From Treponema sp. (GTDB lineage Bacteria > Spirochaetota > Spirochaetia > Treponematales > Treponemataceae), in the NCBI GenBank assembly GCA_052173475.1, contig JBQMYN010000002.1, positions 9,406-73,405 on the forward strand: a stretch of 64,000 bases of DNA, read 5' to 3'. Each line of letters begins with the position of its first letter. The stretch's first letter is position 1. Position numbers and translations under genes: made by a program. Under the pieces are notes generated by a model that was not told where the DNA came from, searched no databases, and worked only from the letters and a program-made list of their open reading frames with translations. Of the stretch, positions 28,662 to 38,512 are shown piece by piece.

Positions 28662-30014
28662 ATGATAAAGGTTGTGATAGGATTACTTATACTGGGAATA
28701 GTAGTTTTTATCCATGAACTGGGACACTTCCTTGCTGCAAAACTTTGCGGAGTGGAAGTGGAGAGCTTTTCAATAGGCTGGGGACCTGTTTTACTCAAAA
28801 AGAAACACGGTACAACAGAATACCGGCTTTCGGCTATTCCTCTTGGCGGATATTGCGGCATGAAAGGTGAACATGCGTTTAAGGATGCTCTTGAAAAAAA
28901 ACTTTCGCATATCCCGTATCAAGAAAAGAGTATGTTTAGCGTCCATCCGCTTAAACGGATTATTATTGCCTTTGCAGGACCTTTTGCTAATCTGCTTTTA
29001 GCCGCATTCGCCCTCGCTCTAGTAAGCGGACTCGGCACAACCTATTACACAACTGACAACCGCATTGTACCGGTGTATGTATTTGAGCATGAGGATGAAT
29101 CTCCTTCACGTTCAGCAGGCTTGGAAATAGGCGACCGTATTCTTAAGATTGATGCTGCTGATACGGCAACATTTGCGGATATACAGCAGATTATTGCAGT
29201 ACATCCTAATGAAGAATTAACATTTTTGATTGAGCGGGCTGGGGTACAGTTTTCTCAAAAAATACGTACAAAGCTTAATAAGCAAACAGGGGCAGGGCAG
29301 CTCGGTATTTTTCAGTATATCCCGCTTGAAGTACAATATGTACGAAAAGATTCTTCTGCGGATATTGCGGGACTTCAAGCCGGTGATGCTATTCTTTCAA
29401 TCAATGGAACTCCTTTAGAGCATTATATTGCATTGCAGTATTTTTTCAAAGATATTAGCGGAAAGACCGTACAAGCAGCCGTACAGCGGGATGGGGCTGT
29501 ATTGGATATTCCTCTGCATATTGTCCGTATGGAGAATGGCTCCGTAGATCTTGGCATTGGTTGGAAAACCCTCAAGATTACTGAACCGGCTGCCGGTTTT
29601 CTTACCGCCTTAAAAACCGGTATGAGCCGGACGGGAACATTAATGCAGCTAACAGTTAAAAGTTTGCTGCTTCTTTTTAAGGGTATCAATGTATCTGATG
29701 CGGTTGCAGGACCTGTACGGATTAGTGCAATGTTAGGAAGTGTTGCACAAGAGAGTTTACAAGCAGGGATGAGTGCTGCAATTGTGAATGTCGCAGAATT
29801 TGTTGCAGTGATTTGTGTGTCTCTGTTTTTGATGAATTTATTACCTGTCCCGGTGCTGGATGGCGGTTTGATTTTATTTGCTTTTTTGGAATGGGTACTG
29901 TGCCGGCAAATTCATCCGCGTATTCTGTATGCTGTTCAGTTTATCGGGATTGGATTTATTGCCGTCTTATTTGTTTTTGCCGTATGGTCGGATATCCTCT
30001 ATTTTATTGGTTAG
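28662..30014 (+). CDS. rseP: RIP metalloprotease RseP
   Basis: HELGH, IPLGGYC, AGPFAN, two PDZ-like segments, NLLPVPVLDGG. Confidence 0.96.
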   Translation: MIKVVIGLLILGIVVFIHELGHFLAAKLCGVEVESFSIGWGPVLLKKKHGTTEYRLSAIPLGGYCGMKGEHAFKDALEKKLSHIPYQEKSMFSVHPLKRIIIAFAGPFANLLLAAFALALVSGLGTTYYTTDNRIVPVYVFEHEDESPSRSAGLEIGDRILKIDAADTATFADIQQIIAVHPNEELTFLIERAGVQFSQKIRTKLNKQTGAGQLGIFQYIPLEVQYVRKDSSADIAGLQAGDAILSINGTPLEHYIALQYFFKDISGKTVQAAVQRDGAVLDIPLHIVRMENGSVDLGIGWKTLKITEPAAGFLTALKTGMSRTGTLMQLTVKSLLLLFKGINVSDAVAGPVRISAMLGSVAQESLQAGMSAAIVNVAEFVAVICVSLFLMNLLPVPVLDGGLILFAFLEWVLCRQIHPRILYAVQFIGIGFIAVLFVFAVWSDILYFIG

Positions 30015-30015
30015 T

Positions 30016-30687
30016 ATGATGGTAAAAAAAATCACGTGCCAATGCGGGTATGTTTTTGAAGAAGGGGTAGCACCTTTTATTGATATTGATAGTATGCCGG
30101 AAATTATTGAGCAGATTACAACAGGTGCGTTCCTTTCGTATATCTGTCCTTCATGCGCGGCAAAAATCGGTATTGAATTGCAAACTGAGTTTGTGTGGAA
30201 ATCACGAGGTACAACGCTTCTCTTTGTTCCGGAAACAAAGCGGATTGCCTGTCTTGCGCTGTGTGCGGGAACTACGCTCATTGATCCTGAAACAAATAAA
30301 AAAGTACCTAATCATTTCCTTAAAAAACACCAGATGCCCGTTATCGGGTATCCGGAATTAGCAGACCGTGTTGCAGTGCTTGCCGCCTCTTTAGATCCGC
30401 TTATTATCGAAGCGGTTAAGTTTTTTATTCTGACAAGTAAAAAAGATACGCATAAAGGGAAACTGACGATACTGTTCGAATCGCTTACCGATGATGAAAA
30501 ACTTGAGTTTCATATACATGGTATGCGGGAGCATGAAGTTGCGGTACTTACGGTTCCTTTGAGTTTTTATTATACGGTTGATAGTGATTACCGGCAGGGT
30601 AAGCATCGGGAAGTCTTTAGTGCACTTCGGCTTGGGCAATATCTTTCATATAAAAATATTGCAGTTGAGGAGGACGATCATGGCTAA
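30016..30687 (+). CDS. CpXC-domain (zinc-ribbon) protein
   Basis: N-terminal CQCG...ICPSC cysteine pattern. Confidence 0.7.
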   Translation: MMVKKITCQCGYVFEEGVAPFIDIDSMPEIIEQITTGAFLSYICPSCAAKIGIELQTEFVWKSRGTTLLFVPETKRIACLALCAGTTLIDPETNKKVPNHFLKKHQMPVIGYPELADRVAVLAASLDPLIIEAVKFFILTSKKDTHKGKLTILFESLTDDEKLEFHIHGMREHEVAVLTVPLSFYYTVDSDYRQGKHREVFSALRLGQYLSYKNIAVEEDDHG

Positions 30688-32815
30688 AAAACTGCGGTAT
30701 GTAGTATGTACTTTTTGTGTATTACTATGCTGTGTATACGGTGGCTTAGGCAGTATACTGGCTGCACAAGATGCTTCCCCTCCGCTTTCTTCAGATGCGG
30801 AGCCGTCTGAAACGGCAGTTGCACCGGCTGTTTCTGCCTACTCGGAAACCGCTGCATCAGATACGGAAGTGGATAGGGGAGGGGAGGCAGAAATGCCGCT
30901 TCCTACAGCTGCCCATGATGCTGGAGCAGGAACACTGCCTTCTGAAACTGCATCTTATCCTACAGAAACTGCCGCCTTAGAACCAGCCGTAGGTGCGGAT
31001 ACTGCGGCACTTTCTAATTCCTCATCGAAGCGGAAAGTATTCAGGACTCATGTCTTTAAAGGCGGGGTTACTGCGATCGGGACTGCTGGTGCTGATTCCT
31101 CATTTTTTGTTGCCGGTAAAGATGGGTTTGTCAGCCGGTATATATATCCTCAGCTGCAAGGGGAAACCTATCAGATTTCCGATATTCAGGTTAAGCGTAT
31201 TGCTGTGCATCCTAAAAAACAGCATATCGCTTTTTATGAAACAGATGAATTTAGTGTGCATAAAATCTCCGTATGGGACTGGGCGGCAAAAAAACAGCTC
31301 TATGCTAAACGCTTTACTGCTGCGGTTCTTTCACTTTCATGGTCGGCAAACGGTACTTATTTATTTATTGGTACTGCGTCAGCGCAGGGAATTACTGTCT
31401 TAGATCAAAAAGGTGCATTACAGAGCATTTACAAGGAGCCTCCGGGGATTGTACTGCTTGCGGCAACGGGACCAAGCGAGAAAAGTATTGTAACATACGG
31501 TGAAACCGGCAGGCTTGTATATGCTGATATAAAAAAACAAAAGATACTCACGCAGTATGAAACGGAAGACAGTCTGCAAAATCCTGAGCTTTTAAAAAAT
31601 TATACCCGTATTGCCGGATATAAAAATGGCAATGTGCTGGTTATCCAAGCGACTTCGGGAGAAATCATAGAAAGCTATCCGGCTGCTTCCGCTATTTTTG
31701 CAGGAAAAATTACTGATACCGCTCCTGTGTGGATTGAAAAAGGAGCAACGGCACATACATGGCATATATGCCGCGGCGGGAAGAAATCGGAAGCATTCCG
31801 GCTTGGTGAAAAAGCCGTTATTACCGCTGCGCGGAATACGGGAACTGACATCATTGCCGGTACAGCGGATGGGCATATCTACCGGCTGCACCAAAATGGC
31901 GATACAGCAGTTTCAGCGGCAGCGGTAGCGGTAGATACGCCGCAAGAGATTGTTGATATTGCAGTACAAGAATCGCAGCTGTATATCCTCACTTCCGACG
32001 CATTATATACAGCCGGACAGCCTCAACTGCCCCCGCTGCTTTATGCAGACAAAAATCCCGGAGCTGATAAATGCACACCGTATAAAAACGGTTTTTTGCT
32101 TTGGTCTTCGGTGCGGCGCTTTCCGGTATACTATGTAGAGCGGGGGAGTTCCCCTGTTATTCTGTATAATCCGAGTGAGCGGATAAACTCTCTAACGGTA
32201 TATGAAGAGAATATCGCACTTGTCCATGCTTTTAGCGGTTTCATTTTGCTACAGGGTAAAACAGGAAAAAAACTGTTTGAATATAAGGCAGCGGGTTTAC
32301 AGGAAGCAGTGCAGCTTGATAAGAACTTTTTACTGGTTTCAAAAAGTGCGGCAGATGCAACGCGCTGCCCCTTGTTTCTGATTAACGTAGGTACTGGTGA
32401 AACTATCCCCTTACCGCTTACCGGTCAGCTTGCGTTTGCACTGCAATCTTTCCCGCAGAACACCTGCTTCAGGCTGGAAACCGATCCTCATGACAAAACA
32501 GATTTAATCCGTATGCGTATCAATACGGAAGTGCCGTCAGAAAGTACATTCCAAACCATGCTTTCATATAAAGATGAAGATTTACGGGCATTTATTACCG
32601 AAGTCCCGCAGGGGCTTGTTACAAATCTGGGGAAAAATAGCTTAGTCTATTTTGATGTGGCAAAGAAGCAGATAAAAAGACTGCCGCGTGATTATGCCTT
32701 ACCGTTCAAAGCAGTTATAACCGATACATATATTATCAGCTTGAATTATGGCGGCTCCCTTTCATGGTATAAAAAAGATTCGGCAGCACTTGTGTATACC
32801 ATGCATTTTGAATAG
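30680..32815 (+). CDS. Exported WD40/beta-propeller-like protein
   Basis: Signal peptide, low-complexity A/S/E/T linker, WD-like repeats (ISVWDW, LSLSWSANGTYLFIG). GAGGAGG RBS. Confidence 0.7.
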   Translation: MAKKLRYVVCTFCVLLCCVYGGLGSILAAQDASPPLSSDAEPSETAVAPAVSAYSETAASDTEVDRGGEAEMPLPTAAHDAGAGTLPSETASYPTETAALEPAVGADTAALSNSSSKRKVFRTHVFKGGVTAIGTAGADSSFFVAGKDGFVSRYIYPQLQGETYQISDIQVKRIAVHPKKQHIAFYETDEFSVHKISVWDWAAKKQLYAKRFTAAVLSLSWSANGTYLFIGTASAQGITVLDQKGALQSIYKEPPGIVLLAATGPSEKSIVTYGETGRLVYADIKKQKILTQYETEDSLQNPELLKNYTRIAGYKNGNVLVIQATSGEIIESYPAASAIFAGKITDTAPVWIEKGATAHTWHICRGGKKSEAFRLGEKAVITAARNTGTDIIAGTADGHIYRLHQNGDTAVSAAAVAVDTPQEIVDIAVQESQLYILTSDALYTAGQPQLPPLLYADKNPGADKCTPYKNGFLLWSSVRRFPVYYVERGSSPVILYNPSERINSLTVYEENIALVHAFSGFILLQGKTGKKLFEYKAAGLQEAVQLDKNFLLVSKSAADATRCPLFLINVGTGETIPLPLTGQLAFALQSFPQNTCFRLETDPHDKTDLIRMRINTEVPSESTFQTMLSYKDEDLRAFITEVPQGLVTNLGKNSLVYFDVAKKQIKRLPRDYALPFKAVITDTYIISLNYGGSLSWYKKDSAALVYTMHFE

Positions 32816-32850
32816 TAATGGTATACTCAATAGATACTAATGGAGGCAAA

Positions 32851-33921
32851 ATGATTATGAATATGAAAAAAGAATGGCATATTTCCATACCAGTTTTATG
32901 CGGATTGCTCGCTCTTATGCTTATTCCGCTATGTATATCCTGTACTGAATCGGATGTATGGGAGCAGGAAGCAGATCGGATAGCTCTGCAAGACCAGTCT
33001 CATTCAGGCGATAGCGATTTTAGTGAAGACGGCATTGGTAAACAGCTTGCAGACGGTGCAGCTTCCCGCAGCAATCGTTCTTCAGGCGTAATTTATACTA
33101 CTCAGGCAGGTTTGTATATTCAAAATGATGAAGGAAAAATGAAATGGCAGGCAGAAGCCTCTCTTGGGGACACTGCGCTATACTTAGGTACAAAAAAAGA
33201 AGCAGTGCGTACAGACGGGCAAAAACGTACTTTTTTCCATATTGAACTGCATGAGAAAGAATATTGGATTCAAGATTACTGTTATGAGCCTAATACTGTT
33301 CTGGGCTTTATTTCTGCCGCGAATACGGTTTTATATAAATCCAATATATTAACCGGTGCAACTGATGAGATTATTCCCCAGTTCTTTATTGTTGCAGTTG
33401 ATAGAGAAAGTATTGAGCAGACTGATAAATTTGTAAAAATTGCTGCGTATTGCCCTGAACTCAGCAGTGCATGGGTAGTAAAAAATAAATATGTCAAGCG
33501 TGATAATATTGAACTTGATCCGGTGAGCGTTGATGCAATGCTACTTGCATATATTGCATCCGAATCGCGGAATGATACTATCCGTGCAGAATTGTATCAA
33601 AATGCTATTGAACTTAATTCTCCCTATACGGATACTATTGCAGTATTGCAAAATCTTACCGAAGTGATTATTGCTGAAGAAGCCTACCTGAAAACACTGA
33701 CTATTGAAAAAGTGAACGAAACCCTCCAGCCTTTAGTTGAAGCTCGTTTGGTAAGTATTCCCGGATCGGCTGACGCGCGCATATTGCATACTATCGCTGC
33801 CGGTACGGTTGTTACTGCCTCCAAGAAGACTGTCGCGGGGGAAAGCGGTACATGGTACTTTGTGCAAAATAAGCAAAAAAAAGGCTGGGTACATCAATCT
33901 TGTTTCACTCTTATCGAGTAA
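32851..33921 (+). CDS. Putative lipoprotein with a C-terminal SH3-like domain
   Basis: Spirochaetal lipobox-like IPLCISC; C-terminal GTWYFVQ..KKGWVH. Confidence 0.6.
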   Translation: MIMNMKKEWHISIPVLCGLLALMLIPLCISCTESDVWEQEADRIALQDQSHSGDSDFSEDGIGKQLADGAASRSNRSSGVIYTTQAGLYIQNDEGKMKWQAEASLGDTALYLGTKKEAVRTDGQKRTFFHIELHEKEYWIQDYCYEPNTVLGFISAANTVLYKSNILTGATDEIIPQFFIVAVDRESIEQTDKFVKIAAYCPELSSAWVVKNKYVKRDNIELDPVSVDAMLLAYIASESRNDTIRAELYQNAIELNSPYTDTIAVLQNLTEVIIAEEAYLKTLTIEKVNETLQPLVEARLVSIPGSADARILHTIAAGTVVTASKKTVAGESGTWYFVQNKQKKGWVHQSCFTLIE

Positions 33922-33945
33922 TAGGGTAGAGGAGCGGTTACTACT

Positions 33946-34185
33946 ATGAAAAAATTTGAACAGCGGCTTGCACGGCTGGAAGAAATTAGCCTTCGCATTA
34001 AAGATGCTGATATCTCTCTTGAGGATGCAGTTACAATTTTTGAAGAAGGTATCAAACTTGCTAAAACGCTTGAAAAAGATATTGATAAAATTGAAAGCAA
34101 AGTGCAAATGTTAATGAATCAGCCGATAGCTGCGGACGATACTCCCGAACTGGAGTTATTTTCCGGCGATACTTTTGAATCTTAA
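33946..34185 (+). CDS. xseB: Exodeoxyribonuclease VII small subunit
   Basis: FEQRLARLEEI...SLEDAVTIFEEGIKL. Confidence 0.93.
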   Translation: MKKFEQRLARLEEISLRIKDADISLEDAVTIFEEGIKLAKTLEKDIDKIESKVQMLMNQPIAADDTPELELFSGDTFES

Positions 34186-36014
34186 TGGAGTACGTGATGT
34201 ATAAACCGGTTAAAGCACTTGATACGCAAACTGCACGGAAAATTGCTGCCGGAGAGGTTATTGACCGCCCCGCTGCGGTAATTCGCGAGCTGCTTGATAA
34301 TGCGCTTGATTCAGGGGCTACAAGAATCGAAGCGGAAATTATCGGCGGGGGTATTGACTGCATTCGGGTACGGGATAACGGCTGCGGAATGACAAAAGAA
34401 GATTTAGCTATTTGTACCGATACCCATACCACCAGTAAAATAGAAACGGCAGAAGACCTTTTAGCACTCCATAGTCTCGGTTTCCGCGGAGAAGCCCTTT
34501 CTTCGATAAAAGCAGTGAGCGATTTAGAAATTACCTCCACCCGCGAGGGACCGGCGGCATGGAAATTACAGCTTGGAGCCATACTTCCTGCCCGCTTAAA
34601 TACCGGAACTGTGGTAAGTGTAGCGCGTTTGTTTGAAAATTTCCCAGCACGTAAGCAGTTTTTGAAACGTGCCGCTACAGAAACCAATCTGTGCCGTAGT
34701 ATATTTCTTGATAAAGCACTGCCTCATTATCAAACTGAGATGCGTTTGACTGTTGATGGGAAAGAACGTTTTACATTGCTTTCCCGTGAGACTGTACGGG
34801 AGCGTTGCCTTGATGCGTTTTCTTTTAAGGAACCTGATGCACTTTTTTTTCAAATAGAACATTCTGCTGCATTGTTTTCTTTTTCGGCAGTGCTAGGCGG
34901 ACCTGATGTTATCCGCAGCGATAGACGCTCTATTTTTATTTTTGTTAATGGAAGACGCATTACTGAGTTTGGACTTGTGCAGGCAGTTGAATACGGCAGT
35001 GAGGGATATTTTCCAAACGGAGGTCATCCTGTAGCCTTTCTGTTTCTGACTGTTGAACCTTCCCGCGTTGATTTTAATATCCATCCGGCAAAAAAAGAAG
35101 CCCGATTTCAAGATTATGGGGAAATTCACCACGCGATCAGTAGTACGGTTGCAGCCTTTTATCGGCAACATACTGTTGCCTCATTACTACAAGAAAAATA
35201 CACCCCTGAGTTTACTACTCAACTGCCATTTGCTGCTCAAGATATTCGGCAGAAGCCGGAATATGCTGCATGGAGTGAACGAAATCGGCTCTATGGCGAT
35301 GCGCTTATGAAAAAAAACTCAGAAAAAGCACTGTATGAACAGAGCGCACCAGCAGTTTACAGCGATGCACCGTATGCCGATGTTCAGCAAACAAGTGAAC
35401 CCCGCACTGCGTATGCAAGAGGAATATCGCAGGTCTCTCATTCCAATGGTATGCCTTGCGATATTCCTCCTGCTGATTTTAAATTACTTGGGCAAGTAGC
35501 TGGAACTTTTATTGCAGTAGAAAAAAATGATTCGCTGTATCTTATTGATCAGCATGCCGCCCATGAAAGAATTATTTTTGAACAGCTCAAGCATAATACC
35601 GGCGGCAGCCAAGAGTTGCTGGTTCCCTACCGGATTATCACGGAATCGGCAGCAGATGATGCCCTTATCCGGCTAAACAAAGAGATTCTTTTAAAGGCAG
35701 GCTTTACACTCATTGATGAAGGACACGGCATCTGGCAGGTTACGTCTGTTCCCGCGCGGTGGACAGGTACTGAACAAGAACTTGCAGCAGATATTATTAA
35801 TGCGTATAAAAATGCAGACGATATTTTGGATAGTATTTTAGCGTCTGCCGCCTGCCGCGCTGCCTGCAAAGACGGGTTCCTTATTGATCCGGCTGCCTTA
35901 CATCGGCTTGCAGCACAGACCTTTGCCCTTCCGGAGCCGCTGTGTCCGCACGGCAGACCTTTGTGGATTACCCTAACACGCGAAGAACTTTTTAAACGAA
36001 TCCGCCGGACATAG
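34185..36014 (+). CDS. mutL: DNA mismatch repair protein MutL
   Basis: IAAGEVIDRP, DNGCGM, LGFRGEAL, IDQHAAHER, CPHGRP. Confidence 0.98.
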   Translation: MEYVMYKPVKALDTQTARKIAAGEVIDRPAAVIRELLDNALDSGATRIEAEIIGGGIDCIRVRDNGCGMTKEDLAICTDTHTTSKIETAEDLLALHSLGFRGEALSSIKAVSDLEITSTREGPAAWKLQLGAILPARLNTGTVVSVARLFENFPARKQFLKRAATETNLCRSIFLDKALPHYQTEMRLTVDGKERFTLLSRETVRERCLDAFSFKEPDALFFQIEHSAALFSFSAVLGGPDVIRSDRRSIFIFVNGRRITEFGLVQAVEYGSEGYFPNGGHPVAFLFLTVEPSRVDFNIHPAKKEARFQDYGEIHHAISSTVAAFYRQHTVASLLQEKYTPEFTTQLPFAAQDIRQKPEYAAWSERNRLYGDALMKKNSEKALYEQSAPAVYSDAPYADVQQTSEPRTAYARGISQVSHSNGMPCDIPPADFKLLGQVAGTFIAVEKNDSLYLIDQHAAHERIIFEQLKHNTGGSQELLVPYRIITESAADDALIRLNKEILLKAGFTLIDEGHGIWQVTSVPARWTGTEQELAADIINAYKNADDILDSILASAACRAACKDGFLIDPAALHRLAAQTFALPEPLCPHGRPLWITLTREELFKRIRRT

Positions 36015-36024
36015 CGAGGCTGCG

Positions 36025-37308
36025 TTATGCTGAAACCCGCCGTTCAATATGGACACCGATTGCCTTGAACCGATCCGCAAGATATTCATAGCCTCTTTCA
36101 ACTTGATAGATATTCCGTATAAGGCTTTCGCCGCGTGCACAGCAGGCTGCTATAACCAGTGCCATTCCAGCACGTACATCAGGAGAAACCAACTCTGAAC
36201 CATGCAGCGTACTCGGTCCAGTAACAACTGCGCGATGAGGATCACACAAGGTAATGCGCGCCCCCATTGCAATCAGCTTATCAACAAAAAACATCCGTGA
36301 TTCAAACATTTTTTCATGTATGAGTACAGTACCCTCAACCTGTGTCGCGATAACAGTCATAATGCTGGTTAAGTCAGCCGGAAATCCCGGCCATGGGGAA
36401 TCATCAATTTTGGGTATCATACCGCCGAGGTCGCAATTTACTTTTAAGCTTTGCTGAGCAGAAACTTTCAATGCCGTACCTTCAATATCCCAACGAATGC
36501 CGAGTTTATTAAATCCTACTTTGAGGGGGCGCATATCCTTAGGATTGATGCCGGTAATGCTTAGTGAACCGCGAGTTACTGCAGCAAGCCCGATAAATGA
36601 GCCTACTTCCATATAGTCTGTACCAATCGTATATGATGCCCCTTGTAGGTTTGAGACTCCGTGTATTGTTAATATATTTGAGCCAATACCGGATATATTT
36701 GCTCCCATTGCATTGAGCAGATGGCAAAGGTCTTGGATATGCGGCTCGCTTGCTGCATTTGTAATAATTGTTTCCCCTTTTGCTAAGGATGCAGCCATAA
36801 GCGCATTTTCAGTTGCAGTTACCGAGGCTTCATCAAGAAAAATATCCTGCCCAATGAGCTTGTTTGCAGTAAAAACAAAATGTCCATTAATCTTTACCTG
36901 TGCACCAAGCTCGGTAAGTGCAAGAAGATGGGTATCCAGCCGCCGCCTGCCAATAACATCGCCGCCGGGTGGACTCATCACTGCTTTCCCGCATCGACCG
37001 ATAAGAGAGCCGGCAAATAAAATAGACGCCCTGATTTTTCGTGCAAGCGGTGCCGGTATTTCATTTGCGGTAATAGTTTTTAGCTGGAGTGTATATTCAT
37101 TCGGAGCATTTTTTTCTACCGTACCGCCGAATGATTTAAAGATGTCAAACATGACAAAGACATCTTCAATTTCCGGTATGTTTTTTAAAATTACCGGCTG
37201 ATCTGTCAATACTGCGGCGGCAATACAGGGTAATGCAGCATTTTTATTGCCGCTTGCTTTAACCGTACCTTTAACCGGAAATCCGCCTTCTATATGGTAT
37301 TCATACAT
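36025..37308 (-). CDS. murA: UDP-N-acetylglucosamine 1-carboxyvinyltransferase
   Basis: SGNKNAALP, RASIL, PPGGDVIGRR (Asp at the active-site Cys position), SVTATEN, WPGFPADL, PDVRAG. Confidence 0.97.
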   Translation of the reverse strand: MYEYHIEGGFPVKGTVKASGNKNAALPCIAAAVLTDQPVILKNIPEIEDVFVMFDIFKSFGGTVEKNAPNEYTLQLKTITANEIPAPLARKIRASILFAGSLIGRCGKAVMSPPGGDVIGRRRLDTHLLALTELGAQVKINGHFVFTANKLIGQDIFLDEASVTATENALMAASLAKGETIITNAASEPHIQDLCHLLNAMGANISGIGSNILTIHGVSNLQGASYTIGTDYMEVGSFIGLAAVTRGSLSITGINPKDMRPLKVGFNKLGIRWDIEGTALKVSAQQSLKVNCDLGGMIPKIDDSPWPGFPADLTSIMTVIATQVEGTVLIHEKMFESRMFFVDKLIAMGARITLCDPHRAVVTGPSTLHGSELVSPDVRAGMALVIAACCARGESLIRNIYQVERGYEYLADRFKAIGVHIERRVSA

Positions 37309-37614
37309 AGCATTCTCCACACACTGCGATAATAAAAACTGAGTACACAAAATAGGGAACCTTTATCGGGAAACCATAGCTCCTTTACCGGTAAGGCTGT
37401 ATTTCCCTCCATATCGAATCTAAATCTACGGGAACCGGTAATTAAAACTCACCGCTAACCCTGATTCGCAATCCGCTGCGGTAAGCCGCAGAGTCAATCC
37501 TACATTGCGGACATATAAACCATCCCCTTCCAGAAAAAGCCGATAGGCTTTCGGTGTTTGGACAGCCCCAACACGATGCTGGAACATTGACCTACGGTGT
37601 ATAAACCCGTCCTG

Positions 37615-37878
37615 CTAAAGCGGCAGTGCAGAGGTATCTATTAAATGCTGTAAAGCCCTTTTTACATCGAGTCTGATTGGTAGTAAAGGATAGTCAGGCG
37701 TATCTATCAGCTCAAGAAAGAGTTTTTTTTCACCAATTGGATTTACTTCAACAAGAAAGTCAATTTTCCCCTGCTGCTTTTTACCCATAATATTATAAAT
37801 AGCAATAGCGGAAAATTCTTCCCTATAATAAATAAGCGAGTTTCTTTTTTCTATCCCGATAATATCCGTTACAAGCAC
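37615..37878 (-). CDS. Conserved hypothetical protein downstream of fliD
   Basis: 87-aa ORF with a GGAG RBS, co-oriented with fliD. Confidence 0.65.
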   Translation of the reverse strand: MLVTDIIGIEKRNSLIYYREEFSAIAIYNIMGKKQQGKIDFLVEVNPIGEKKLFLELIDTPDYPLLPIRLDVKRALQHLIDTSALPL

Positions 37879-37894
37879 TTCTTATATTCTCCAT

Positions 37895-38488
37895 TTAAAC
37901 TAAAATAGATGATACCCCATTTAATAAGGTTTTGACAAGGGGGCTTAACTCATATTCAGCAATATCTCCAACTTGAATAATATCTTTTTCTTCAATCGCT
38001 GAAATAATATCTTGCATAAATGCAGTAATATCTTTTTGATACTCTTGCATTTGCCGTCCTTCAATTTCTATATCGACCGGAATATTGGTTATATCAAACA
38101 GCAAAAAGCAGCGGTAGAATTCATTGAGTTTTTGAGAAAACTGTTGTAAAAGTTCAAATACCTTGCTTTCTTCATTCGTCTGCATATAGACAGAAATTTT
38201 TTCAAACTCATGTATGTATTCCGTCAATACGCTTACCAGCTCCTGCATATAGGAGCGCACCTGTACACCGGAAACAGTACGGAGTTCAATTGTATGACCG
38301 TTATCAACCGGCTGTGTGAATAAAGCCTCTAATTCTTCTGCCGTTAATTCTTTATCGTCAACATATACCGCAATAACCGTTTCATTTTCTTGCTTACACG
38401 CTGCTTCAATCGCACCAAGTACCTCCCCGATAGTTTTTTCGTTTTCCAATGTGTAGGTAATTGGTGTACCATTTAAACTGATAGTCAT
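37895..38488 (-). CDS. Hypothetical protein (fliD operon)
   Basis: 197-aa ORF with an AAGGAG RBS; C-terminal D..QVGDIAEYEL motif. Confidence 0.75.
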   Translation of the reverse strand: MTISLNGTPITYTLENEKTIGEVLGAIEAACKQENETVIAVYVDDKELTAEELEALFTQPVDNGHTIELRTVSGVQVRSYMQELVSVLTEYIHEFEKISVYMQTNEESKVFELLQQFSQKLNEFYRCFLLFDITNIPVDIEIEGRQMQEYQKDITAFMQDIISAIEEKDIIQVGDIAEYELSPLVKTLLNGVSSILV

Positions 38489-38512
38489 GCAAACTCCTTC
38501 ACTATAGTCTTT

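Noticed and set aside
37350..37610. Structured spacer upstream of murA as a riboswitch, ncRNA or second attC
   Set aside because: It has hairpins and repeat modules, but no recognisable riboswitch motif and no GTTRRRY/RYYYAAC pair in attC geometry.
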